Shown: piece by piece, positions 45,857-53,566 of the stretch
Numbering within the stretch: position 1 is the first letter of the stretch
Layout of the letters: every line of letters begins with the position of its first letter
IMG/VR virus record: IMGVR_UViG_3300021404_000006
Location: 32,001 to 96,000 of that record
From: a virus
Reading direction: 5' to 3' (one strand)
DNA length: 64,000 nt
Made by a program: the position numbers and the translations under genes
The notes under the pieces: generated by a model
The model's database searches: none
What the model was told of the DNA's origin: nothing
Seen by the model: only the letters and a program-made list of their open reading frames with translations

Positions 45857-45878
45857 CGTTGATCAGGGAGTTATTTCT
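45837..45878. repeat. Perfect 42-bp palindrome (probable terminator)
   Basis: AGAAATAACTCCCTGATCAAC|GTTGATCAGGGAGTTATTTCT. Confidence 0.9.
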
Positions 45879-45888
45879 CCAGGTATGA

Positions 45889-47991
45889 CTACGCGTGCGC
45901 GATATCTACGTAAGCCGCGCCCCACCAGTCGGACGTGACAGACCAGTTGGCCGTCTGCGCCGATCCGGTAGCAGGCGCGTAGCCGCCCGCCGAGTTGCCC
46001 GCTCCGCTGCTGGTGTCCTGGTTCTCGATGAACTTGGAGACAACCGGGGACGTGGCCGAGGTAACGGCTGATCCGTTAGCCGCGAACTCGCCCATCAGGT
46101 CACTGGAGCTGGCTGCGGTGCCGGTAACCGAAGTGGTTGCCCCGCTGCCGTAATTCACGCCGTGGCCGGCGAAAGGCGTCGTCTGGTTAACTCCGGTGAA
46201 AGACTCCGACCCGCCGGTAACTTCCAGGACAGTTCCCGAGCAGCCGGTAACCGACGCGTTGATCGTGTTGGTTCCGCTGGGCGGGTTGGCGAGTCCCCAG
46301 ACGGTGAGTACGCCCGCGTGCTGGTTATCAGTGTGAACGGCGGTGATCTCCGTCATGGATGTCGTGCCGTCCTTTACGACCGGCGCGCACCCGGCGTCGT
46401 TGTTGTCACCGATGGTGAAGTCCGCGACGATCGCCCGGTTAGTGCCGGACCCTACGACCTGCGTCCACGAGAGGCTGGTTGCGCTGGCGTGCTTACCGCC
46501 GCCCGTCGCGTCGAACGCCACTGACGTGCCGGCAGCAGAGGTGGTGAACGTCTGGTCGGACCCGTTGGTTGTGCCCGTGCCGTTGGTGGCGTTCAGCCGG
46601 TAGTGGTAGGTGGTGGAGGCAGCAAGCCCGGTGAGCGCTGCGGATTCGTTGACTGCTGAGCTGCCTGATCCGGCGCTCCCCGGTGAGGCGGGGGCCGTGC
46701 TGCCGTAGCTGGTGGTGGTTCCGTACTGGAACTGGTAGGTGGTGGACTGGCCCTCTGGGTTGACGTTGCCGTTAAGGGTTGCACCGCTGCTGGTAACGCC
46801 TGTCGCGGCGGTCGTGTTAACCACGGGAGCTAGCGGTGAACTGGTGAGCCCGATCGTTACCCCGGCGGTAGTCACCGAGGACTCGTAGGCGCTGACCGCG
46901 TTCGCCTCATCGGTCGCAGTCGGGTCATGACTCAGCGACGTGTTCCCGGTGCAGGCGGTAGAGGGGTTGCACACCGGCAGGTAGTAGTCGGCGCGCTCCC
47001 ACGCGGACCCGTTCCACCTCAGGTGCCCGGACGTGGAGTTAGCCACCCAGAGGTTGGGGCCAGACGTTGGGTAGGACGGGTTGTTCCAGGTGGAGAAGCC
47101 GTCTCCGTAGGAAACGTTTACCCTTGTGGTGCCGTCGTTGGCAAGGCCGTCGCTGATCGCGGTGTCGTTACTGAAGGTGATGTTAGAGCCGGTGTCTGCG
47201 GCGAACCCGGACCCGGCGTAGTTAACCGCCGTGTCGTTGTTCGCGTTCATGTACGAGCCGCTGATGTCCGCGAGGTCGAACGCGACGCCCGAAAAGCTGC
47301 TGCCGTCTCCCGAGTAGGGCCAGTCGCCGTTAACCAGGTTGTGGCTTACGTCTACAGGGCTGCCGCTGGCACCGTTTGTCTGTACCAGCCCGAATACGTC
47401 TTCCGAAACGGAGCTGCCGTAATGACTGGTAATGCGGTTCCAGTCGATCACTCCCCCGGGAATGGTGATGTTCTCAGTGTGCACCGCGCCGGCCAGCCAG
47501 TCAGACTGGTTGTACTTGCCGATGTCTGTGAAGTTGTTGTACTCAACCGTGAAGCCGCTGACCGTCGAGCCCTCGCCGTTGACGAGAATGCCCTGCGTGG
47601 CGTCCACCTCGTTGTGCGTGAAGCTGAAGGCAGCCGGGTTGTCCAGGTAAACCGCCTGCTGGTGAACGGGAGTGCTACCCGGGCTGGTAGCTGTGAACGT
47701 CGTGTTGGTGACGGTCAGGCTCGGCCTGGGGGAAGCGCCGCCCGCGACGCCGAGCCCGGCAGAAGTAATCGTTGCGCCGCTGATGGTCACGGCAGCCGAG
47801 GTGCTGATCGTGACGGCAGGGGTGTTTACGTCAGTGCTGGTGTAGCAGCCGGAGTATGTACCTCCCGTAGTGATCGTAATTGGAGCACAGGTAGTGGCAT
47901 GTGCGGGCATCGCCGCGAAAGTAGCTATGCCGCCGGCCGTAAGCAGGAACCCTGCTCCGGCGGCGACAGCCCTTTTCTTGAGGCTTTTCAT
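45889..47991 (-). CDS. Secreted protein: parallel beta-helix-like domain, FN3, C-terminal beta domain
   Basis: Signal peptide ending AHA, ITITTGGTYSG start, FN3 (GLAASTTYHYRLNATN), C-terminal domain shared with the 140-4777 protein. Confidence 0.8.
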   Translation of the reverse strand: MKSLKKRAVAAGAGFLLTAGGIATFAAMPAHATTCAPITITTGGTYSGCYTSTDVNTPAVTISTSAAVTISGATITSAGLGVAGGASPRPSLTVTNTTFTATSPGSTPVHQQAVYLDNPAAFSFTHNEVDATQGILVNGEGSTVSGFTVEYNNFTDIGKYNQSDWLAGAVHTENITIPGGVIDWNRITSHYGSSVSEDVFGLVQTNGASGSPVDVSHNLVNGDWPYSGDGSSFSGVAFDLADISGSYMNANNDTAVNYAGSGFAADTGSNITFSNDTAISDGLANDGTTRVNVSYGDGFSTWNNPSYPTSGPNLWVANSTSGHLRWNGSAWERADYYLPVCNPSTACTGNTSLSHDPTATDEANAVSAYESSVTTAGVTIGLTSSPLAPVVNTTAATGVTSSGATLNGNVNPEGQSTTYQFQYGTTTSYGSTAPASPGSAGSGSSAVNESAALTGLAASTTYHYRLNATNGTGTTNGSDQTFTTSAAGTSVAFDATGGGKHASATSLSWTQVVGSGTNRAIVADFTIGDNNDAGCAPVVKDGTTSMTEITAVHTDNQHAGVLTVWGLANPPSGTNTINASVTGCSGTVLEVTGGSESFTGVNQTTPFAGHGVNYGSGATTSVTGTAASSSDLMGEFAANGSAVTSATSPVVSKFIENQDTSSGAGNSAGGYAPATGSAQTANWSVTSDWWGAAYVDIAHA

Positions 47992-48013
47992 GCTCCCAAG
48001 GTTAGCGTTGAAA

Positions 48014-48949
48014 TTACCTGGCTGCTGCTGTTCCCGGGCATCCCTTGACGTTCGGGTTGACAGCGGCATCTGGGCGGAAGAACGGGCAGTACTGGCAGTC
48101 CGCTTCGCTCGGGGTCGCCGGGATCTGCCAGAAGTCCATCTCCTTGTTGACTACGAATACGGCAAGCTGCTCACGGATCTGCGTCTTCTCGATCAGGTAC
48201 GCAACCGCCGCCATGTCCTCCGCAGTGATCACGTGCTCCCACACGTACATGTCGTCCATCGTGGAATGGGTACGCGGCCAGGACACCAGGCAGATACGGT
48301 CAACGCGGAAACCCTCGTGCATGTAGCCGACCGCGTACAGGAGCATCTGCATGTAATAGTGGTGAGGGGGACCGTGCCTGCGGAGCTTGTCCCTGACTCC
48401 CTCGGACTGGCACTTGTGATCGTTCAGCGTGAAAGTCTGGGCGTCGTAAAGGTCAGCGGTACCGGGATGAGGACTTACCGTGCCGGGGTCGGGGGTAACG
48501 CGTTTCTCCGTGAACCAGCGGATAGAGGCGTCTATGTTCAAGAGCCGGTTAGGGGGAGTGGTAGCGCGTACTTCCTCTATCAGCCGCTCCGCTTCCCACT
48601 TGAAAGCCTGTTCGAGAAACGCATGGATAGCTGTACCGACAATAGACGCCCACGGGTCGTGCATATTATTAGTGCCGCTGGACCCAAGCGATACTCCAGC
48701 CATCTTACCGACAAGCTGGCGGTCGCATAGGTGCCCCAGTTCACTTGGCCCAAGATGCCTCTGCACATTTCGCGGGAGCCTGTCGGCGTAGCGTACAACG
48801 ACTTCACGGAGTTCCTGACTGTAGCGCTGCGCCCATGCTGAGTTCCCGTTCATGGCGAGTACGGGAGACTGGACTTTATTCTGCTGGGACCAGGCGTCAA
48901 GGGAAATAGGGTTAGTCACGGTGGTCCTTAGGGCGGTAGGCGCATTCAC
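48014..48949 (-). CDS. Cas4/RecB-like PD-(D/E)XK exonuclease
   Basis: GPSELGHLCDRQ, GTAIH, GTADLYD...DHK, QMLLY, CQYCPF...C. Confidence 0.8.
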   Translation of the reverse strand: MNAPTALRTTVTNPISLDAWSQQNKVQSPVLAMNGNSAWAQRYSQELREVVVRYADRLPRNVQRHLGPSELGHLCDRQLVGKMAGVSLGSSGTNNMHDPWASIVGTAIHAFLEQAFKWEAERLIEEVRATTPPNRLLNIDASIRWFTEKRVTPDPGTVSPHPGTADLYDAQTFTLNDHKCQSEGVRDKLRRHGPPHHYYMQMLLYAVGYMHEGFRVDRICLVSWPRTHSTMDDMYVWEHVITAEDMAAVAYLIEKTQIREQLAVFVVNKEMDFWQIPATPSEADCQYCPFFRPDAAVNPNVKGCPGTAAAR

Positions 48950-49123
48950 ACTGAGGGTCTTCGCACGTGCCGTCAGGGGTGTCGTGCCAGTGGTTCCATT
49001 TATCGCACGCAGGGCATTCGCGGGATTTCGGCTCAGGGCGCGGGACTACGGCGTGCTGGCCCTTCATAGGCCCGGTGTACGGTTCGTCGTGTGCATTGCC
49101 GTTACGATCCCACCAGCGATTAG

Positions 49124-49351
49124 TCACCGGCTTGCCTCCATCACTGAACGCACGGCAAGCACTTCGTATCCCTTGAGAGCTGTGGACCATGCTGCCCGTG
49201 CTACCGCAGTCAGCTCGTCCCGTGCGTATACCTTCTCAGTGAAGGTCTTCTCTCCGTCTACGCTGACTTCGAATTCGATTGCAAAACGACGGAGGCGCGG
49301 GTCTTCCTCGCTGAACTGAGCACGCTTAGGCCTAGGCATCGGTGTCCTCAA
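49124..49351 (-). CDS. Hypothetical protein
   Basis: Co-oriented small ORF. Confidence 0.4.
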   Translation of the reverse strand: MRTPMPRPKRAQFSEEDPRLRRFAIEFEVSVDGEKTFTEKVYARDELTAVARAAWSTALKGYEVLAVRSVMEASR

Positions 49352-49389
49352 CTATCATGCATATCACTAGCTCATTGCCTTCTGACAGG

Positions 49390-49827
49390 TCAATCACTGC
49401 AACCCCTTATGCCACGGTGCACCCTGTTCTTCTGCACGCGCTTGAGTTCCCAGTAAGGCTCGCCCTTCTTCGCCCACTTGACGTAGGTGGCGGGGTCCTT
49501 GCTCTTCATCGACTCGGTGTCAACCCGCCAGGCACCTTCCCTCGCGGAAAGGGTATAAGCAGGGTGCGCGCCGTAAGGGTCGGCGGGAATGTCGAACACG
49601 TCGGGAGTCTCAAGGCCGTTAGCGGCTGTGAATGCGGCGATCTCCTGCTGAATAGCCTTCTTGTGCTGAGCCAGGGTCTCTTCCGCTTCGCGCTTCCGCA
49701 CTTCGAGTTCGGGCAGCTGGGCCATGAGCAGGGCGAGGCGGGAATTCTCCTCGGGCTCAACCTTCAGGCGAGTCTTTACCTTGGGCTGGGGTACTGCCGT
49801 GTCCTCAGTGGACGGTGGCGTAGTCAT
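49390..49827 (-). CDS. Hypothetical coiled-coil protein
   Basis: Co-oriented ORF. Confidence 0.55.
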   Translation of the reverse strand: MTTPPSTEDTAVPQPKVKTRLKVEPEENSRLALLMAQLPELEVRKREAEETLAQHKKAIQQEIAAFTAANGLETPDVFDIPADPYGAHPAYTLSAREGAWRVDTESMKSKDPATYVKWAKKGEPYWELKRVQKNRVHRGIRGCSD

Positions 49828-49873
49828 GCTTCGGAGTATAACAGGCAATTAGGACACAGGGCTTAAACACAGG

Positions 49874-49912
49874 GAAAGCTGGCTACCAGTGACGGTAGCC
49901 AGCTTTCTTTTT
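49874..49912. terminator. Rho-independent terminator (likely bidirectional)
   Basis: GAAAGCTGGCTACC-agtgac-GGTAGCCAGCTTTC-TTTTT. Confidence 0.8.
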
Positions 49913-49920
49913 GCTACGGC

Positions 49921-51957
49921 TTACGCCGGGGTAGTGAAGGTGAAGCTTGCCCACTCACTGGAGTGCGCGCCTTCCGCGCCCTGAGCGCGAACGGCGAGGG
50001 TGTAGGTAGTGACAGGACTCAGGCCGCCGAACTGCTGAGTGTAAAGCTGCTGCCCTGGAACCAGGTCCACGTAACGCGGGTAGGTGTCGATGACCGGCCC
50101 GAGCTTCTTGCCCTTGCAGACCGCTACCTGCCACCGGGTGACGCCGGGGTGAACCTGGGGTGCCGGAGCGAAGGAGAACTTGACGGAGTGCCGCCCCGCA
50201 GCCAGCAGCTTCAGGTTAAGAGGGGCAGCGAACCCCCAGGCGGGAGCAGAAGGAGGGGGCAGCGCTGCGGCAAGGTCACCGTACAGGGCCTGGTCGCACT
50301 CGCCCTTGGCAGCGGTGTTCTTGAAGTGCGCCTGTGCGAGGGTGACCGCAGCTGTAGTAAGCGGGCCGAAGTTGCTGTCCACGGGGAACAGCGTCGGGAT
50401 CGCGGTGGCAAAGCCCCACTTGACCAGGTTCTGCTGAAGGGTCTTGACCATCGTGCCCGTGCTGCCCTGCTTCAGCGGGAAGGGAGACGCCGGAGGCGGG
50501 GGCACCGGAGAGATGCCCTGCATGCGCACCGCGCAGTTGAACACGTCGCCGCTGATCGGCTTGACCTTGACGCCCTCGGCGGTGTCGTACGCGCTGACGT
50601 ACTCCGTGGCAGACACAGCCATGCCGATGTGGCCGAACAAGTTGGCGGGGAAGAGGTGGGTGCCAACGGTCACCGGGAACGGAGCCGGTCCAGCGCCGGT
50701 AAAGGCAACCAGGTCTCCGGCCTGAACGTCAGCCGGGTTAAGGATGAGCGCCGCGCCGGGCAGCTTGCTGCCTGCCCATTCCATCTCGTAGGGAACCAGC
50801 GCGGCCCCGATGTTCGAAGGACCGCCTGGCATCGGGATTCCGGCCTGGTTAGCCGCGTACCAGACAAGCCCTGAGCAGTCGAACTTCTGCGGCACCGTGG
50901 TTCCGAAGCGGTCGGGGTTGACCTCGGTGTAGCCTTCGCCCACCTTGGACTGCATCACGGCCATCATCTTCGCTACCTTTTCCGCCATGGTTGACGGCAC
51001 GGGCGGCGGGGGCGTCGGAACAGGGACCGGGGGCGGCGGAGGCGTAGGTACTGGCGGAGGAGTGGGAAAGGGAGGAGCGGCTGCCAGGTCATTGAAGAGG
51101 GCCTGGTCGCATACTCCTGCGGTAACCCCGCGCTGCCCGAGGAAGACCTGGGCGGCGGTAACCGCTGCCGCTGTAAGCGGCCCGTAGTTCCCGTCTGCCG
51201 TCAGCATGAGGTTGATGCCGAGCTGGCCGCCGAAAGCCGAGATCCACTTGTTGATGTTCCGCTGAAGGGTGTGCACAGGTCCCGTGAGGGTTACGTCAAC
51301 ATCTCCCTGCTTCAGCGGGAGAGTCGGATTCGACGGAGGGGCAACGGTGCCAAAGCAGTAGGAGTAGAACAGGTCGCTGTCGAAGGCGTTGTTGCTGGCG
51401 TACTGGGTGGCGTCAGCCTGCGGGTAGCCGCAACCGGAAGGCGAGCAGATGTGCTGACCGATCCAGTGCGCCGACCACAGAATCCACTGACTACGGCTGA
51501 TGCCCAGCGCGCTCACGGCGTTGATGACAGCCTGGCTGTCTCCGGCGGAGCAGTAGATGATCGGCTTGCCGCCGTCGTTCCTGCCGCCAGCCGGGGCAAG
51601 AGGGAGGTTATCCTTGACAAACTGGGCTGCCTGTGCGGCGGTGGCGTCGCCCGGCTCGCAGTCGATGCAGCGAGCGCCCTGGCGGCCATTCGGGGTGATC
51701 GAGAGGATGATCGCGGACGGGAAGTCAGCCTTGAACGCAGCGATGTTGGTGAAAAACCCGTTGTAGTAGCCGGCGTAAACCGGCAGGCCCTTTGTACAGC
51801 CGGCAGGAGAAATGGCATCCTGCCCGTGCAGAGTTAGCAAACTGGAGGTCGCGTTCGCAGTACTGAATCCCTGCTTTAGCCTCCATGACCGGGTAAGCAG
51901 GAACGGAGACGGAGCCCCGAATTTCTTACCGGACCAGTCCTTATCGGAGTGAGTCAT
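49921..51957 (-). CDS. Multidomain endolysin (GH25-like muramidase, PG-binding, NlpC/P60, PG-binding, FN3)
   Basis: IDCEPGD...W.AHW...ATQY; LKQGD...LQRN...DGNYGPLTAAAV; FDCSGLV...GHIGM; second PG-binding domain; GLSPVTTYTLAVRA. Confidence 0.85.
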   Translation of the reverse strand: MTHSDKDWSGKKFGAPSPFLLTRSWRLKQGFSTANATSSLLTLHGQDAISPAGCTKGLPVYAGYYNGFFTNIAAFKADFPSAIILSITPNGRQGARCIDCEPGDATAAQAAQFVKDNLPLAPAGGRNDGGKPIIYCSAGDSQAVINAVSALGISRSQWILWSAHWIGQHICSPSGCGYPQADATQYASNNAFDSDLFYSYCFGTVAPPSNPTLPLKQGDVDVTLTGPVHTLQRNINKWISAFGGQLGINLMLTADGNYGPLTAAAVTAAQVFLGQRGVTAGVCDQALFNDLAAAPPFPTPPPVPTPPPPPVPVPTPPPPVPSTMAEKVAKMMAVMQSKVGEGYTEVNPDRFGTTVPQKFDCSGLVWYAANQAGIPMPGGPSNIGAALVPYEMEWAGSKLPGAALILNPADVQAGDLVAFTGAGPAPFPVTVGTHLFPANLFGHIGMAVSATEYVSAYDTAEGVKVKPISGDVFNCAVRMQGISPVPPPPASPFPLKQGSTGTMVKTLQQNLVKWGFATAIPTLFPVDSNFGPLTTAAVTLAQAHFKNTAAKGECDQALYGDLAAALPPPSAPAWGFAAPLNLKLLAAGRHSVKFSFAPAPQVHPGVTRWQVAVCKGKKLGPVIDTYPRYVDLVPGQQLYTQQFGGLSPVTTYTLAVRAQGAEGAHSSEWASFTFTTPA

Positions 51958-52140
51958 GCTTTCCTCTCTAGTTAGCGCCTGTTCCAGGATACGCCCTGAG
52001 GATAGCAGTAACGAGGGGCGAGGGGCGAGGCCGGGCAGCTAGCACCAAAGGGCGGCTGCGGGGGGTGGGCAGCGCACGCCCTGGTGCGAGGGAAGGCCGC
52101 CCGGCCTCGCGTATCCCCTCCAACGCCCTGCGTCGCGGAT

Positions 52141-52419
52141 CTATTCCGCATCCGCAAGAATTTTGCGACGGCACTCGTACCAGTGACCCGACCTGATGTT
52201 CTGGAGGTACCAGTCTGCCACCACAGTCCTCGGCGGGCAGTCCAGGTACCTGTCGTCTTGATGATGCAAGGGGTGAAGGAGAGGCTTGCCGTCGAAGTGC
52301 GTCCACTCGGCGGGCTCAGACATCACCGGCTCTGGCTCGCAGCGGCAGAAGATACCGAGCATCCGCCTCATGATGATCAGGCCTACCCACCTGGGTCCGG
52401 TGCTGCTGGTGAGCACCAT
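52141..52419 (-). CDS. Hypothetical protein
   Basis: Coupled ORF. Confidence 0.45.
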   Translation of the reverse strand: MVLTSSTGPRWVGLIIMRRMLGIFCRCEPEPVMSEPAEWTHFDGKPLLHPLHHQDDRYLDCPPRTVVADWYLQNIRSGHWYECRRKILADAE

Positions 52420-52643
52420 CAGTCTGTGATCTCGTATATGTCTATCTCTCCGGGGGAGTTCGGCACGGCTACCCGCTTATCGCGGCGCAGGCCGCTGAGC
52501 ACGGTCTCCGTGTACTCTTCGCTGGCGGACATCTCAAGCTCGCGCTTCAGCTCCTCCAGGTTCTCGTACTGTTCCTCGGAGCCGTCTCCGCAGTGCACGA
52601 TGATCATTGGCTTCCCTCTCTTACAGCTGAGGCCCTTAACCAC
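52419..52643 (-). CDS. Hypothetical acidic protein
   Basis: Coupled ORF; start probably MIIVHC. Confidence 0.45.
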   Translation of the reverse strand: MVKGLSCKRGKPMIIVHCGDGSEEQYENLEELKRELEMSASEEYTETVLSGLRRDKRVAVPNSPGEIDIYEITD

Positions 52644-52661
52644 GACGGTTAAGGGCCTCAG
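52627..52661 (-). terminator. Hairpin after gene 52674-53372
   Basis: CTGAGGCCCTTAACC-acgac-GGTTAAGGGCCTCAG. Confidence 0.7.
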
Positions 52662-52673
52662 TCCGCCGGTTGT

Positions 52674-53372
52674 TCAGTCGCCGTAGAAGCGCTTGTTCTT
52701 GTAGACCTTGATGTTCTTGGCAGCTCGCGGCTTGCTTCCCCTGTGATCGAACGACAGCGCTGCCGCCGCGCGGGCCTGCTTCTTGAGTGCCGGGGTGAGC
52801 TTGTACGGCAGCACGCCCTCTTTTGACTTGCTCTCCAGCTTCTCCACGGTGCGCACCGACGCCTCCGCCGCCGAGCCGGCCCGCTGGGCGATGTTGGACG
52901 CAAGGCCGGCGATGTGCCGCTCGGGCGTCACGGTGACGTTGGTCATGGTGTCCGGCCGGGTGCGCGCGTCGCGCTTGCGGATCTTGAACTCCGATGTCCG
53001 CAGGGCGTACGGGTTCTTCCGCGCGGCCCGGCGCATGCCGGCAGCTGCCCGGTTGTCGGTTACGTACGCTACCTTGAAGGCCGCCGTCTGCTCTAGCAGG
53101 AAACGGATGCTGACCTCGGTGCCGGTATTGTCGGTGGCAAGGAAGCCGACGCTGACAACGGGCTCGCCGTCCTTGTCGGCAGGGTGAACGCTGATCGTAG
53201 ATGCGTCAACGTCCTTGAGTTCCAGTGCGGGAATGAGCTTGTCCAGTGCGTCCTTGGTCGCTTCTCCGATGGTGCAGTGGCACGGGTCGCCCGGGACGGC
53301 TCTGGCAAAGTGATCTTCTGTGACGGTGAGGATTACCTCGGGTGATTTGATGCGCATACCCGTGTGAACCAC
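52674..53372 (-). CDS. Hypothetical protein with basic C-terminus
   Basis: 232-aa ORF with GC-typical codon pattern. Confidence 0.6.
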   Translation of the reverse strand: MVHTGMRIKSPEVILTVTEDHFARAVPGDPCHCTIGEATKDALDKLIPALELKDVDASTISVHPADKDGEPVVSVGFLATDNTGTEVSIRFLLEQTAAFKVAYVTDNRAAAGMRRAARKNPYALRTSEFKIRKRDARTRPDTMTNVTVTPERHIAGLASNIAQRAGSAAEASVRTVEKLESKSKEGVLPYKLTPALKKQARAAAALSFDHRGSKPRAAKNIKVYKNKRFYGD

Positions 53373-53557
53373 TACTCTGCGTTGTCTATTCCCTGTTCTG
53401 AAAATTCTTCATGAAGATCGCGGCAGCCCATGCACCCTTCACACCTGTCGTACCAGTTGTCATCTAGGTCGTAACAGCCTGTACCTTTTGTGGGCCTGCC
53501 GCAGCAGTCGCACACATAGTCGCACCAGTCAGGAAGTGCGGACTCCTCTTTGGCCAT
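53372..53557 (-). CDS. Small Cys-rich protein
   Basis: CDCC...CEGC; coupled. Confidence 0.45.
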   Translation of the reverse strand: MAKEESALPDWCDYVCDCCGRPTKGTGCYDLDDNWYDRCEGCMGCRDLHEEFSEQGIDNAE

Positions 53558-53566
53558 GTCCGGACC

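Noticed and set aside
48014-48949. Cas4 as evidence of a CRISPR system
   Set aside because: Solo Cas4-like exonucleases are routine in phage replication modules.
51997-52003. CTGAGGA as a hammerhead ribozyme core
   Set aside because: No matching GAAA strand or flanking stems found.
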